A stretch of 59,504 nucleotides of DNA from the NCBI GenBank assembly GCA_964630225.1, contig CAZVUK010000002.1:1-59504 (forward strand). The letters run 5' to 3'. The stretch is from an uncultured Muribaculaceae bacterium. GTDB lineage: Bacteria; Bacillota_I; Bacilli_A; RF39; UBA660. Position numbers and translations under genes: made by a program. The notes beneath the pieces are model-generated. The model did not search any database. It was not told the DNA's origin and was given only the letters and a program-made list of their open reading frames with translations. Shown here one piece after another: positions 19,437-26,806 of the stretch (positions are counted from its first letter, which is position 1; each line of letters starts with the position of its first letter).

Positions 19437-20426
19437 ATGTTTTTAACAGTATGTGAAAGCTCAAGTTTATTAAATTTAATTAGTTTGGTTAAAAGTTTAT
19501 TAGAAATTATAACTACTATAATACCAATCGTATTAATACTTATGATAACGTTTGATTTATCGAAGTTAGTTATCGATGTTGATGAAAAAACGAAGCAAGC
19601 AATTACTAAAAAAGTAATTAACAGATCGATTGCGGCTGTGGCAGTGTTTTTTATTCCTACTTTGGTAAACGTTTTTACCAATCGTTTAGGACAACAAAGT
19701 TATTCGCAGATGACTTGTTGGACAAATGCGACAACTGAAAAAATAGCAAGATACACCGCTAAAGAAGAGGAAGCCAAAGCTCTAGAACAAGAAAAAATTA
19801 CGATAGCCAAAGGTGAAGCAGCAATTGAAAGAGCCCTAGTCGAGCAAGAACGTGAAAAAGCTCGTAAAATAGCCGAGGAAAAAGCAGCGTCGGTAAAAAA
19901 TAGAATTAAACCGTACTTCCAAACAGATTATCCACATCTACCATATAATCCATATAACACAGCGATGTGTGGCTCTATGGCTGGTTGTGCATGCGGCTTA
20001 ACATCAGTGGCAGTTGTAGCCACAGCTTTTAATGGTGAAGCCGGAAACGATCCAGTATCAGTTAGAAATTGGATATGTAAGACTGGATCATGCACTGACT
20101 CAGGAACAGCTTGGGCGGGAATGATTTCTTATCTTCGACAAGGAGGATTAAACGTAACTGAAGTTCAGTATACAAATTCTCCAGAAAGAATAATGAACTC
20201 TCTTAGAAGCGGAAGAGAACTAATTATACCTTTATATCATAACAATGGTTCTTGCGATACACCATTCACAACCGGTGGTCACTACTTTGTTTTAACCGGA
20301 ATTGCTACCAATGGTGAAATTGAAATAGTCCAAGTATCAAGCAGACGTCAGACGGCTCAAACATGGCCTATAAGTACAATCACAAAATGTATGAATGGTG
20401 CTATTTACGTATCGAAAGGAGCATAA
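19437..20426 (+). CDS. Cassette 2 hydrolase: 2-TM module, coiled coil, C39-like cysteine peptidase
   Basis: N-terminus MFLTVCESSSLLNLISLVKSLLEIITTIIPIVLILMITFDLSKLV, then TCWTNAT. E/K-rich linker. C-terminal motifs YFQTDY...GCACGLTSVAVVATAF...GGHYFVLTG. Confidence 0.78.
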   Translation: MFLTVCESSSLLNLISLVKSLLEIITTIIPIVLILMITFDLSKLVIDVDEKTKQAITKKVINRSIAAVAVFFIPTLVNVFTNRLGQQSYSQMTCWTNATTEKIARYTAKEEEAKALEQEKITIAKGEAAIERALVEQEREKARKIAEEKAASVKNRIKPYFQTDYPHLPYNPYNTAMCGSMAGCACGLTSVAVVATAFNGEAGNDPVSVRNWICKTGSCTDSGTAWAGMISYLRQGGLNVTEVQYTNSPERIMNSLRSGRELIIPLYHNNGSCDTPFTTGGHYFVLTGIATNGEIEIVQVSSRRQTAQTWPISTITKCMNGAIYVSKGA

Positions 20427-20427
20427 T

Positions 20428-21051
20428 ATGAAAAAGAAATTAATATTATTAATTGGACTGTTACTCCTCACGGCTTGTGATGTCGATTACCATTTTTCTT
20501 ACAAAAAAGGAGTCTTTAGTGAAAAAGTCACTTTCTCTGAAGAAGCAAATCCTGCGATAGACAATTTTGAAAAAAGATTTGGACCAGTAGATGGAGATTC
20601 CTTCAAACATGGAACAGAGCGATACAAAGCAAGATATAGAAATGAAGGGAATATGAATTATTTAGACCTTTCCTTTACTTACGATAATATGTCGTTTAAA
20701 GAATCAAAAATATTTAAATGCTTTGATTACTCGACTTTTGAAGATGAAAAAGATTATTATTCAATTAGATTATCGGGTAATACGGCAATGTGTCCATATA
20801 TTAATAAGGTATCAGTAACGTTTGAAACCGATAGGGAAGTACTTACAACTAATGCAACAAAGCAAGATACTAAAAACGGTATATATAAATGGGATACACT
20901 TGATAAAGGAATTGAACTACAAATAAGTAAGACCTTTGCTTTAAACCAAAAAGAATCGAGTACTATGCCAATAAGATTTATTGCGATTGCTGTTACTGTT
21001 CTACTTGGTGCAGCTTTTGTCTTTCTAAGAAAGAGGCAGCAAAATGACTAA
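20428..21051 (+). CDS. Cassette 2 lipoprotein with C-terminal TM anchor
   Basis: SD aaaggagc, ATG 20428 (the tracked ORF starts at 20395). Lipobox LLLTAC, conserved CDVDY. C-terminal TM IRFIAIAVTVLLGAAFVFLRKRQQ. Confidence 0.75.
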   Translation: MKKKLILLIGLLLLTACDVDYHFSYKKGVFSEKVTFSEEANPAIDNFEKRFGPVDGDSFKHGTERYKARYRNEGNMNYLDLSFTYDNMSFKESKIFKCFDYSTFEDEKDYYSIRLSGNTAMCPYINKVSVTFETDREVLTTNATKQDTKNGIYKWDTLDKGIELQISKTFALNQKESSTMPIRFIAIAVTVLLGAAFVFLRKRQQND

Positions 21052-21706
21052 GAAAAAATTAAGCATCATATATGAAGATAACGATATTTTAGTAGTTAAT
21101 AAACCGTCTAATTTACTGAGTATTTCGACTGACAACGAAAAAGAAAAAACACTTTTCCATGAAGCATTTACTTATATCAAAGCTAAAAATAAAAATAATA
21201 AAATATTTATCGTTCATAGACTGGATAAAGGCACTAGTGGACTGCTTGTCTTTGCTAAAAGTGAAGCGATAAAGAAAACACTTCAGGATAATTGGGAAAC
21301 GATTGTTAAACTAAGACAATATGTAGCAATCGTCGAAGGTGTTCCGCAAAAACAAAGCGATCGTATTCTTAACTATTTAAAAGAAACTAAAACATTATTG
21401 GTTTATGAAAGTAATAAAAAAGATGGTAAGTTGGCAATTACTAATTATCGAACGATAGCGACGAATGGTAATTTTACGCTCTTAGCAATCGAACTAGAAA
21501 CGGGTCGTAAAAATCAAATCAGAGTACATATGGCTGGAATAGGTCATCCTATTATTGCCGATAAAAAGTATGGTTCAAAAACAAATCCAATTAGACGTAT
21601 GGGACTTCATGCCAATAAGTTAATTATCGAGCACCCACGCACAAAAAAAGAGATGATTTTTGAAACCGATATTCCAAATCAATTCTTAAGTTTAATAAAC
21701 AGTTAG
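21044..21706 (+). CDS. RluA-family pseudouridine synthase (no S4 domain)
   Basis: Catalytic motif HRLDKGTSGLLVFAK and GRKNQIRVH. 220 aa. Overlaps the preceding lipoprotein gene by 8 nt. Confidence 0.85.
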   Translation: MTKKKLSIIYEDNDILVVNKPSNLLSISTDNEKEKTLFHEAFTYIKAKNKNNKIFIVHRLDKGTSGLLVFAKSEAIKKTLQDNWETIVKLRQYVAIVEGVPQKQSDRILNYLKETKTLLVYESNKKDGKLAITNYRTIATNGNFTLLAIELETGRKNQIRVHMAGIGHPIIADKKYGSKTNPIRRMGLHANKLIIEHPRTKKEMIFETDIPNQFLSLINS

Positions 21707-21716
21707 GAGGTAAAAT

Positions 21717-22655
21717 ATGAAATATCTTACATTTTGTGAAGAACCAGCAGTCTTAAGTACAATTAGTTTTGTTAAAACGATAATTGATTTTATAACAATT
21801 ATCGTTCCGGTAATTTTGATCCTATTAATGGCTATTGAGATAGCTAAAATAGTTATTAATCCCGACGAGAAATTGACAAGACAAGTTTTTAAATCGATTA
21901 CTAATAAAATGTTAGCAACGGCTACCATATACTTTATTCCTATTATTGTCAGTCTTCTTATGTCGATGATTCAAGTTGATTATCAAAAAAACTCTTGTTG
22001 GCTTAACTCTACTGATGATGGAATAGCTTCGGCAAAAATAAAAGCTGAGGCATATAATGAAGCCAATTATAAAAGTATTTTTACTGAAAAAGAAAATGCC
22101 AAAATCGAACGTGAACGTATTGCCAAAGAACGTGAGAAAGCTCGCCTAGAGGCAGAGAAAAAAGCAAAGTCAAGTGATGCAAGTTTTGGTGTTAGAACTG
22201 TTCCGCCAACACCAAATGATTATTACTATACATACTATAGAGGTCTGGTTAGTCAGTGTCCTTGGTATGCAATAGCAAGGGCTATGGAGATAGTATCGGG
22301 ATCTAACCTTTCTGAAGCAGATAAAGAAAGAAAGCTTGCATATCTTTATGATACTCATGGAAATGGCAAAGAAATTTTTGGAATAATAAAAAATAGAGGT
22401 ACATTTCCGGTAGGTCAAGAACCTAGAGCACCAGCAATTTTAACATATGGTGGAAGTTTGACCAAATATGGTCATGTCGCTATACTTGAGAAAATAGAAA
22501 ATGGAGTTGCAACCATAACCGATAGCCGTAACAAAAATGGAGCCGATGCAACTAATGGTTGGCATGCAGTTGACTGGAGAACAAGAACTATGTCAATTTC
22601 AGAAATGGAAAATTGGATGTATATCTTTCAAGGTTATGTCTATATTTTGGAGTAG
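21717..22655 (+). CDS. Cassette 3 hydrolase: the same 2-TM module and coiled coil, but with a CHAP-domain amidase/peptidase
   Basis: N-terminus MKYLTFCEEPAVLSTISFVKTIIDFITIIVPVILILLMAIEIAKIV, then SCWLNST. Linker KENAKIERERIAKEREKARLEAEKKAK. CHAP Cys/His motifs QCPWYAIARA and GHVAILEKI. Confidence 0.78.
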   Translation: MKYLTFCEEPAVLSTISFVKTIIDFITIIVPVILILLMAIEIAKIVINPDEKLTRQVFKSITNKMLATATIYFIPIIVSLLMSMIQVDYQKNSCWLNSTDDGIASAKIKAEAYNEANYKSIFTEKENAKIERERIAKEREKARLEAEKKAKSSDASFGVRTVPPTPNDYYYTYYRGLVSQCPWYAIARAMEIVSGSNLSEADKERKLAYLYDTHGNGKEIFGIIKNRGTFPVGQEPRAPAILTYGGSLTKYGHVAILEKIENGVATITDSRNKNGADATNGWHAVDWRTRTMSISEMENWMYIFQGYVYILE

Positions 22656-22658
22656 TAT

Positions 22659-23309
22659 ATGAAAAATAAAAAAATATTGTTAATTATAGTTATTCTATTT
22701 ATGACAGCTTGTCAAACTAATTATTCTCTCAAGTACGACGGAAGCAATTTAGAAGAAACAATATCTGCAAGTGGGATAAGTGAAGAAGATATGCTTGAAG
22801 GAAGTTTTCCATTATCAAGTTTAGAAGATAAACAAGTAAAGCTTTTTCCTGATAGTAAAACTAACTTCGAACAAAATTATATTGTTGATGAAAATATGTA
22901 TACCATCACATATAAAGCGAAACATAACTTGGACAGCTTCTCTAAAGAGAGTTATCTAAACAATTGTTTTGATAAAGTAAAAACCATTAAAGGCGACAAT
23001 ACTTTTTACATTTCAGCGTATCGCGATAATTCAAATGGTCGTTGTTTCCAAAAAAACTCACTGGCAAAATTTATAACGGATTACGAAGTATTATCATCAA
23101 ATGCTGATAGAAAAGAAGGCAACAGCTATATATGGGATGTTGATAAGCACGCTAATGGTATAGAAATAATGATAAATACAAGTAAGTTAACTAATGAAAA
23201 AAGCACGCCATTTTTAGGGGTAGGACTGTTTAAAATAATATTTGCTATCGTAATTGTAGTCTTACTTGTACCTACTTACATAATACTAAAAAAGAAAGTC
23301 GAAGATTAA
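22659..23309 (+). CDS. Cassette 3 lipoprotein with C-terminal TM anchor
   Basis: Lipobox LFMTAC. C-terminal TM FKIIFAIVIVVLLVPTYIILKKK. Shares the ...C(F)...YY.IR/...W(D/N)...GIE(I/L)(Q/M)I pattern with the other two lipoproteins. Confidence 0.72.
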   Translation: MKNKKILLIIVILFMTACQTNYSLKYDGSNLEETISASGISEEDMLEGSFPLSSLEDKQVKLFPDSKTNFEQNYIVDENMYTITYKAKHNLDSFSKESYLNNCFDKVKTIKGDNTFYISAYRDNSNGRCFQKNSLAKFITDYEVLSSNADRKEGNSYIWDVDKHANGIEIMINTSKLTNEKSTPFLGVGLFKIIFAIVIVVLLVPTYIILKKKVED

Positions 23310-23310
23310 A

Positions 23311-23337
23311 AAGATATATGAAACTATATCTTTTTTT
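23311..23337 (+). terminator. Rho-independent terminator ending the 13.0-23.3 kb operon
   Basis: 8-bp stem aagatata / tatatctt with loop tgaaac, followed by a T-run. It is the first convincing terminator after 12990. Confidence 0.7.
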
Positions 23338-23362
23338 GATATACTTATATTGTAGGTGACAT

Positions 23363-24010
23363 ATGTTAGTAACAAATTTAAGCTTTAGAGATTTGGATAA
23401 AAAATGGGTCCTAATCGAAAATAAAAAGCAAATTAAAAAACTTGTTAAAAAACTCAAGATTGCTAAAACCAAAGATCCACTCATAGCATATTTTTTTGTC
23501 GACCAAGAAGATGGCTTTTGTATGAAAGTAATAGGAAATGTCTTTAAAGATGAAAAAGATAATCTCTTTTTGGAAGATGATTATATCTATGAAGATAAGC
23601 ATATCAATTATGCTGAAATACTAAAGTACGAACTAACTATTTTAGATAATAAAATAACTAATTATATAAAGGGTATTAAAAGTGTCGAAGGATCAACTGG
23701 TCTTATCATCGATGACAAACTTAAACTAAAAGAAACGAGAGTTATGACCAATATCGATCCTTTTAGAAATGATGCTTATCCTGACGATATCGAAGTTCTT
23801 TTAAAAGTAAAAGAAGATGAAGAGTATCTTTGGGCTAGAATAGAGGGTGTAATGCGTGAAGATGTCCTGATATGTAGACTTTTAACCGGATCGGAATTAT
23901 CACCTGAAAAACACGCCGAAGGAGAGTTGATCGGAGTTCGGTACAAGAAAGATGAAGAAAATGAAACACTTGAAATAGTCGGTCTTTTAAAACCAAAGAA
24001 AAACAGTTAA
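23363..24010 (+). CDS. Hypothetical cytoplasmic protein (215 aa)
   Basis: Long ORF in coding-like sequence with no TM and no recognisable motif. SD gtaggtga precedes ATG 23363. Confidence 0.55.
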   Translation: MLVTNLSFRDLDKKWVLIENKKQIKKLVKKLKIAKTKDPLIAYFFVDQEDGFCMKVIGNVFKDEKDNLFLEDDYIYEDKHINYAEILKYELTILDNKITNYIKGIKSVEGSTGLIIDDKLKLKETRVMTNIDPFRNDAYPDDIEVLLKVKEDEEYLWARIEGVMREDVLICRLLTGSELSPEKHAEGELIGVRYKKDEENETLEIVGLLKPKKNS

Positions 24011-24076
24011 AAAAGATAGCTAGTCATAGACTGCTCTTTTTTTTATGTTATAATTTTTATGATAGGAGTACTGTAT

Positions 24077-24214
24077 ATGCGACTATATATTTTAGAAAAA
24101 GAAAAACTACATAAATTTGATTTACCTCCTACAATCGAAGGGTCTTTTTTATTCTCCTATAAGAGTAATGGTATAGAAAAGATTATATTTCAGAAGTCAA
24201 AGCAGTTGCATTAA
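24077..24214 (+). pseudogene. 45-codon stub resembling the N-terminus of an EssC/FtsK-SpoIIIE type VII secretion ATPase
   Basis: Keeps a tataat box (24047-24052) and SD taggag. Translation MRLYILEKEKLHKFDLPPTIEGSFLFSYKSNGIEKIIFQKSKQLH. The beginning resembles the S. aureus EssC start MHKLIIKYNKQLKMLNL (from memory). Ends in TAA inside the next fragment. Confidence 0.3.
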
Positions 24215-24432
24215 CTGATGTTTGTAATGCAGCAGACGAAACTCAAGATTTATTCAGAATAATTGATGAAAATTGGGTTGGAGAAGCAAGCAATAGGTAT
24301 AAAGACAATCTTATAAAGGACATTAGAGTTTTAAAAAACGCTGTAGGAGATCTTTATACAATTTTTGAATCAGAAGTTAGAAACGTACAACATAAAATGG
24401 ATCAGTTTGATAAAAAACTGATTGAGAGATAG
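24169..24432 (+). pseudogene. WXG100 (ESAT-6-like) family gene fragment lacking a start codon
   Basis: Open frame from 24169 to TAG 24430-24432: ...DYISEVKAVALTDVCNAADETQDLFRIIDENWVGEASNRYKDNLIKDIRVLKNAVGDLYTIFESEVRNVQHKMDQFDKKLIER. It has a central W-x-G motif (NWVGEA). There is no in-frame ATG/GTG/TTG before codon 80. Confidence 0.45.
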
Positions 24433-24441
24433 GAGGATAAA

Positions 24442-24894
24442 ATGGCAGTAAGTGGAACTACAGAAACAATTAATACAGAATTAAGAGATAGTTTACAACA
24501 AAACATAACTGAAAAAGTTGATACATTTAAGACAACCGTTGGCACAAATCCATATGGACTTTGGGCGAGCTCAGGAGCACTAGCTGGAGTTACTCCTTTG
24601 ATGGGTACAAAAATTGTTACCGCTCTAGAAGATTATAAAACAAACTTGGAACTTGCCCTTAAAAAAATGACCAGCCCGGATATTAATAAAGGATTTAAGG
24701 GTGCAAAATTAGAGGCTTCGCTTAAAACATTTGTCGATTCTGTAATAGCAGAAGCACAAGCATACATCAATCATTTGGTTTTTGCACAAAATCAAATAAT
24801 TTGGAGTGTTAAACAGCCGTATGGTATTCAAATTGAAGCAGTTGCTAGTTCAGTTACAAGTGACGCATCTTTTGGATCTACAACCACAAGCTAA
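24442..24894 (+). CDS. Hypothetical helical protein (150 aa), possibly a T7SS-associated substrate or partner
   Basis: Strong SD ataggagga, 9 nt after the WXG-like stop. Predicted helical, with a Ser/Thr-rich tail. No motif recognised. Confidence 0.6.
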   Translation: MAVSGTTETINTELRDSLQQNITEKVDTFKTTVGTNPYGLWASSGALAGVTPLMGTKIVTALEDYKTNLELALKKMTSPDINKGFKGAKLEASLKTFVDSVIAEAQAYINHLVFAQNQIIWSVKQPYGIQIEAVASSVTSDASFGSTTTS

Positions 24895-24961
24895 GAGTAC
24901 GGAAGTGCTTTTTTCTTTGCCAAACTATATGATATAATATATTCATATTAAGGAGTGAATA

Positions 24962-25663
24962 ATGAGTACACACATAGCAGCTAAAAATGGAGATATAGCA
25001 AAACTTGTAATCATGCCAGGTGACCCTAAAAGAGCAGAGCATATGGCTCATCAGTTTTTAGAGAATCCTAAATGCATTAATAATATCAGGGGAATGCTTG
25101 GTTTTACCGGAAAGTATAAAGATAAAGAAGTTACGATTATGGCCTCAGGTATGGGTATGCCTAGTATGGGTATATATGCTTATGAATTATATAAAGATTA
25201 TGGGGTAGAAAAAATAATTAGAGTAGGCTCGATGGGAGCTTACAGTGACAAACTAAAATTATTTGATGTCGTATTGGCCCTAGAAGCTTACACTGACTCT
25301 TCTTTTGCTAAAGTTCAAAATAACGATGATAGAAACGTCATAGCATCAAATCCCAAACTAAATCTTCTTTTAGAAGAATCAGCAAAGGAACTCGATGTTA
25401 AAATAAATAAGGGAAGAATATATACATCAGACGTTTTTTATAAAGGTAAAGAAAACTATAAAGAAATAGCAGCTACTCATAATTGTGTCGGCGTAGAAAT
25501 GGAGGCCTTTGCATTATTTGCAACAGCAGACTACTTCGGCAAGGAAGCAGCGTGTCTTTTGACTGTATCAGATCATTTTGTAAGTAAAGAAGAAACAAGT
25601 CCAAAAGACAGAGAGATATTATTCTCGGATATGTTTGAAATAGCGCTTAACATCAAATTGTAA
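24962..25663 (+). CDS. deoD: Purine nucleoside phosphorylase, DeoD type
   Basis: MSTHIAAKNGDIAKLVIMPGDPKRAEHMA..., GMGMPSMGIYAYEL and GVEMEAFALF are typical of hexameric PNP. 233 aa. Confidence 0.92.
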   Translation: MSTHIAAKNGDIAKLVIMPGDPKRAEHMAHQFLENPKCINNIRGMLGFTGKYKDKEVTIMASGMGMPSMGIYAYELYKDYGVEKIIRVGSMGAYSDKLKLFDVVLALEAYTDSSFAKVQNNDDRNVIASNPKLNLLLEESAKELDVKINKGRIYTSDVFYKGKENYKEIAATHNCVGVEMEAFALFATADYFGKEAACLLTVSDHFVSKEETSPKDREILFSDMFEIALNIKL

Positions 25664-25687
25664 GAGACTAAGTCTCTTTTTTTCTTC
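25663..25687 (+). terminator. Rho-independent terminator after deoD
   Basis: Stem agagac / gtctct with loop taa, followed by a T-run. Confidence 0.6.
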
Positions 25688-25744
25688 TAACTTGCAAAAT
25701 TAAGTAAAATATGATAATATTATTCTACTTTTATGAGGTGGAAT

Positions 25745-26368
25745 ATGAAAACAAGACATGCTGTATTATTTGTCTTGCTTATAATGATAATACTAGTAAC
25801 TAGTACAATTGCCATGAGTGATGATATGACTAAAGTAACGGCTAACATCAGCTCACGAAACATAAGAAGAGAGAGTGCTAAACTAACTCTTCCAAAAGAA
25901 AATAATAAAATCCTAGCAACTGTTGCTCTTAATAAAACTAAACGAGTTGTTGTGTTCAACAACATGACTCTAGCTGAACTTGGAGATAAACTAAACAGAT
26001 CGATGAATGGTCTTTTAGCTGGGCAAGGTCATTACTTTGCGGCAAAGAGTTTAGAGCTGGGAATAGATCCATATATGGCACTAGCGATATCCTTGCATGA
26101 AACCGGATGTGAATGGACATGCAGCTACTTAGCTAGAACGTGTTACAACATCGGTGGGCAAAAAGGTTATCCTGGATGCGGTGGTGGTGGTGATTACAAG
26201 CGCTTTAACAGCCTAAAAGAGGGAATAGATGAATTTCTATACAATCTTCATGGAAACTACGTTAAAAGAGGTTTAACAACGCCTGAGCGTATCAACCCTG
26301 TCTATGCTGAAAATCCGTTATGGCATCAAAAAGTAAGACATTACATGGCAAAAATTGCTAGCAAGTAA
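25745..26368 (+). CDS. Secreted or membrane-anchored glucosaminidase-domain (LytD/FlgJ-type) peptidoglycan hydrolase
   Basis: N-terminal TM/signal AVLFVLLIMIILVTSTIAM. Motifs ALAISLHETGCEW...NIGGQKG...FNSLKEGIDEFLYNL resemble the mannosyl-glycoprotein endo-beta-N-acetylglucosaminidase family. ATG 25745 follows gaggtgga. Confidence 0.65.
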   Translation: MKTRHAVLFVLLIMIILVTSTIAMSDDMTKVTANISSRNIRRESAKLTLPKENNKILATVALNKTKRVVVFNNMTLAELGDKLNRSMNGLLAGQGHYFAAKSLELGIDPYMALAISLHETGCEWTCSYLARTCYNIGGQKGYPGCGGGGDYKRFNSLKEGIDEFLYNLHGNYVKRGLTTPERINPVYAENPLWHQKVRHYMAKIASK

Positions 26369-26390
26369 ATGTTCGTTAAATACTGTCTAA

Positions 26391-26426
26391 AAGAGAGTGA
26401 CCAAAAATGGTCAACTCTCTTTTTTC
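26391..26426 (+). terminator. Rho-independent terminator
   Basis: Stem aagagagtgacc / ggtcaactctctt (one bulge) with loop aaaaat, followed by a T-run. Confidence 0.65.
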
Positions 26427-26493
26427 TCTTGACACTTTTTCAATAACTAAAGCAAGTTTCTAAAAGCTTTATTTTACGGGCTTTTTAAAAATA

Positions 26494-26568
26494 AAAAACT
26501 TAAAAAATCAAAAATATGAAAAACTCAAAATTAATAAAAGTGCAAAAAACTCAAAAAAAATAAAAGTG
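26494..26568. repeat. Three tandem ~25-nt A-rich units upstream of nrdD
   Basis: AAAAACTTAAAAAATCAAAAATATG / AAAAACTCAAAATTAATAAAAGTGC / AAAAAACTCAAAAAAAATAAAAGTG, read directly from the sequence. Confidence 0.7.
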
Positions 26569-26806
26569 AAAAAAATGACAAAATCCTTATATAGTATAGT
26601 TGTTAGTAAAAACAACAAAAATATAAAATCGACAAAAAAAGAAAAATACTTAAACTGTAAAGTTAGCAAAAGTTATTTTTCTCTAAAAACCATATGCAGC
26701 AAGGTTGTGCGTAAAAACACGAAAAAACAAGCTGTTTTTCTCACTTAAATCGATTGACTTTAGGTCCTGATTTTTCATAAAATGATAATACAGAGAGGAA
26801 AATATT

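Noticed and set aside
17750-23309. Hydrolase cassettes as part of a conjugative (T4SS) element
   Set aside because: CHAP and cysteine-peptidase hydrolases do occur in Gram-positive conjugation modules. Here, however, there is no VirB4/VirD4/relaxase/replication gene, and the flanks are ABC transporters and housekeeping genes.
26566-26748. Lys-rich 60-aa ORF in the nrdD upstream region
   Set aside because: It starts at a GTG inside an A-tract with no SD, and its composition simply mirrors A-rich intergenic DNA.
26570-26806. NrdR boxes or a riboswitch upstream of nrdD
   Set aside because: I looked for the palindromic acaCwAtATaTwGtgt-type box pair and for conserved riboswitch cores. I found only partial resemblances (e.g. 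ccttatatagtatag), which is not enough to call without a PWM or covariance-model scan.
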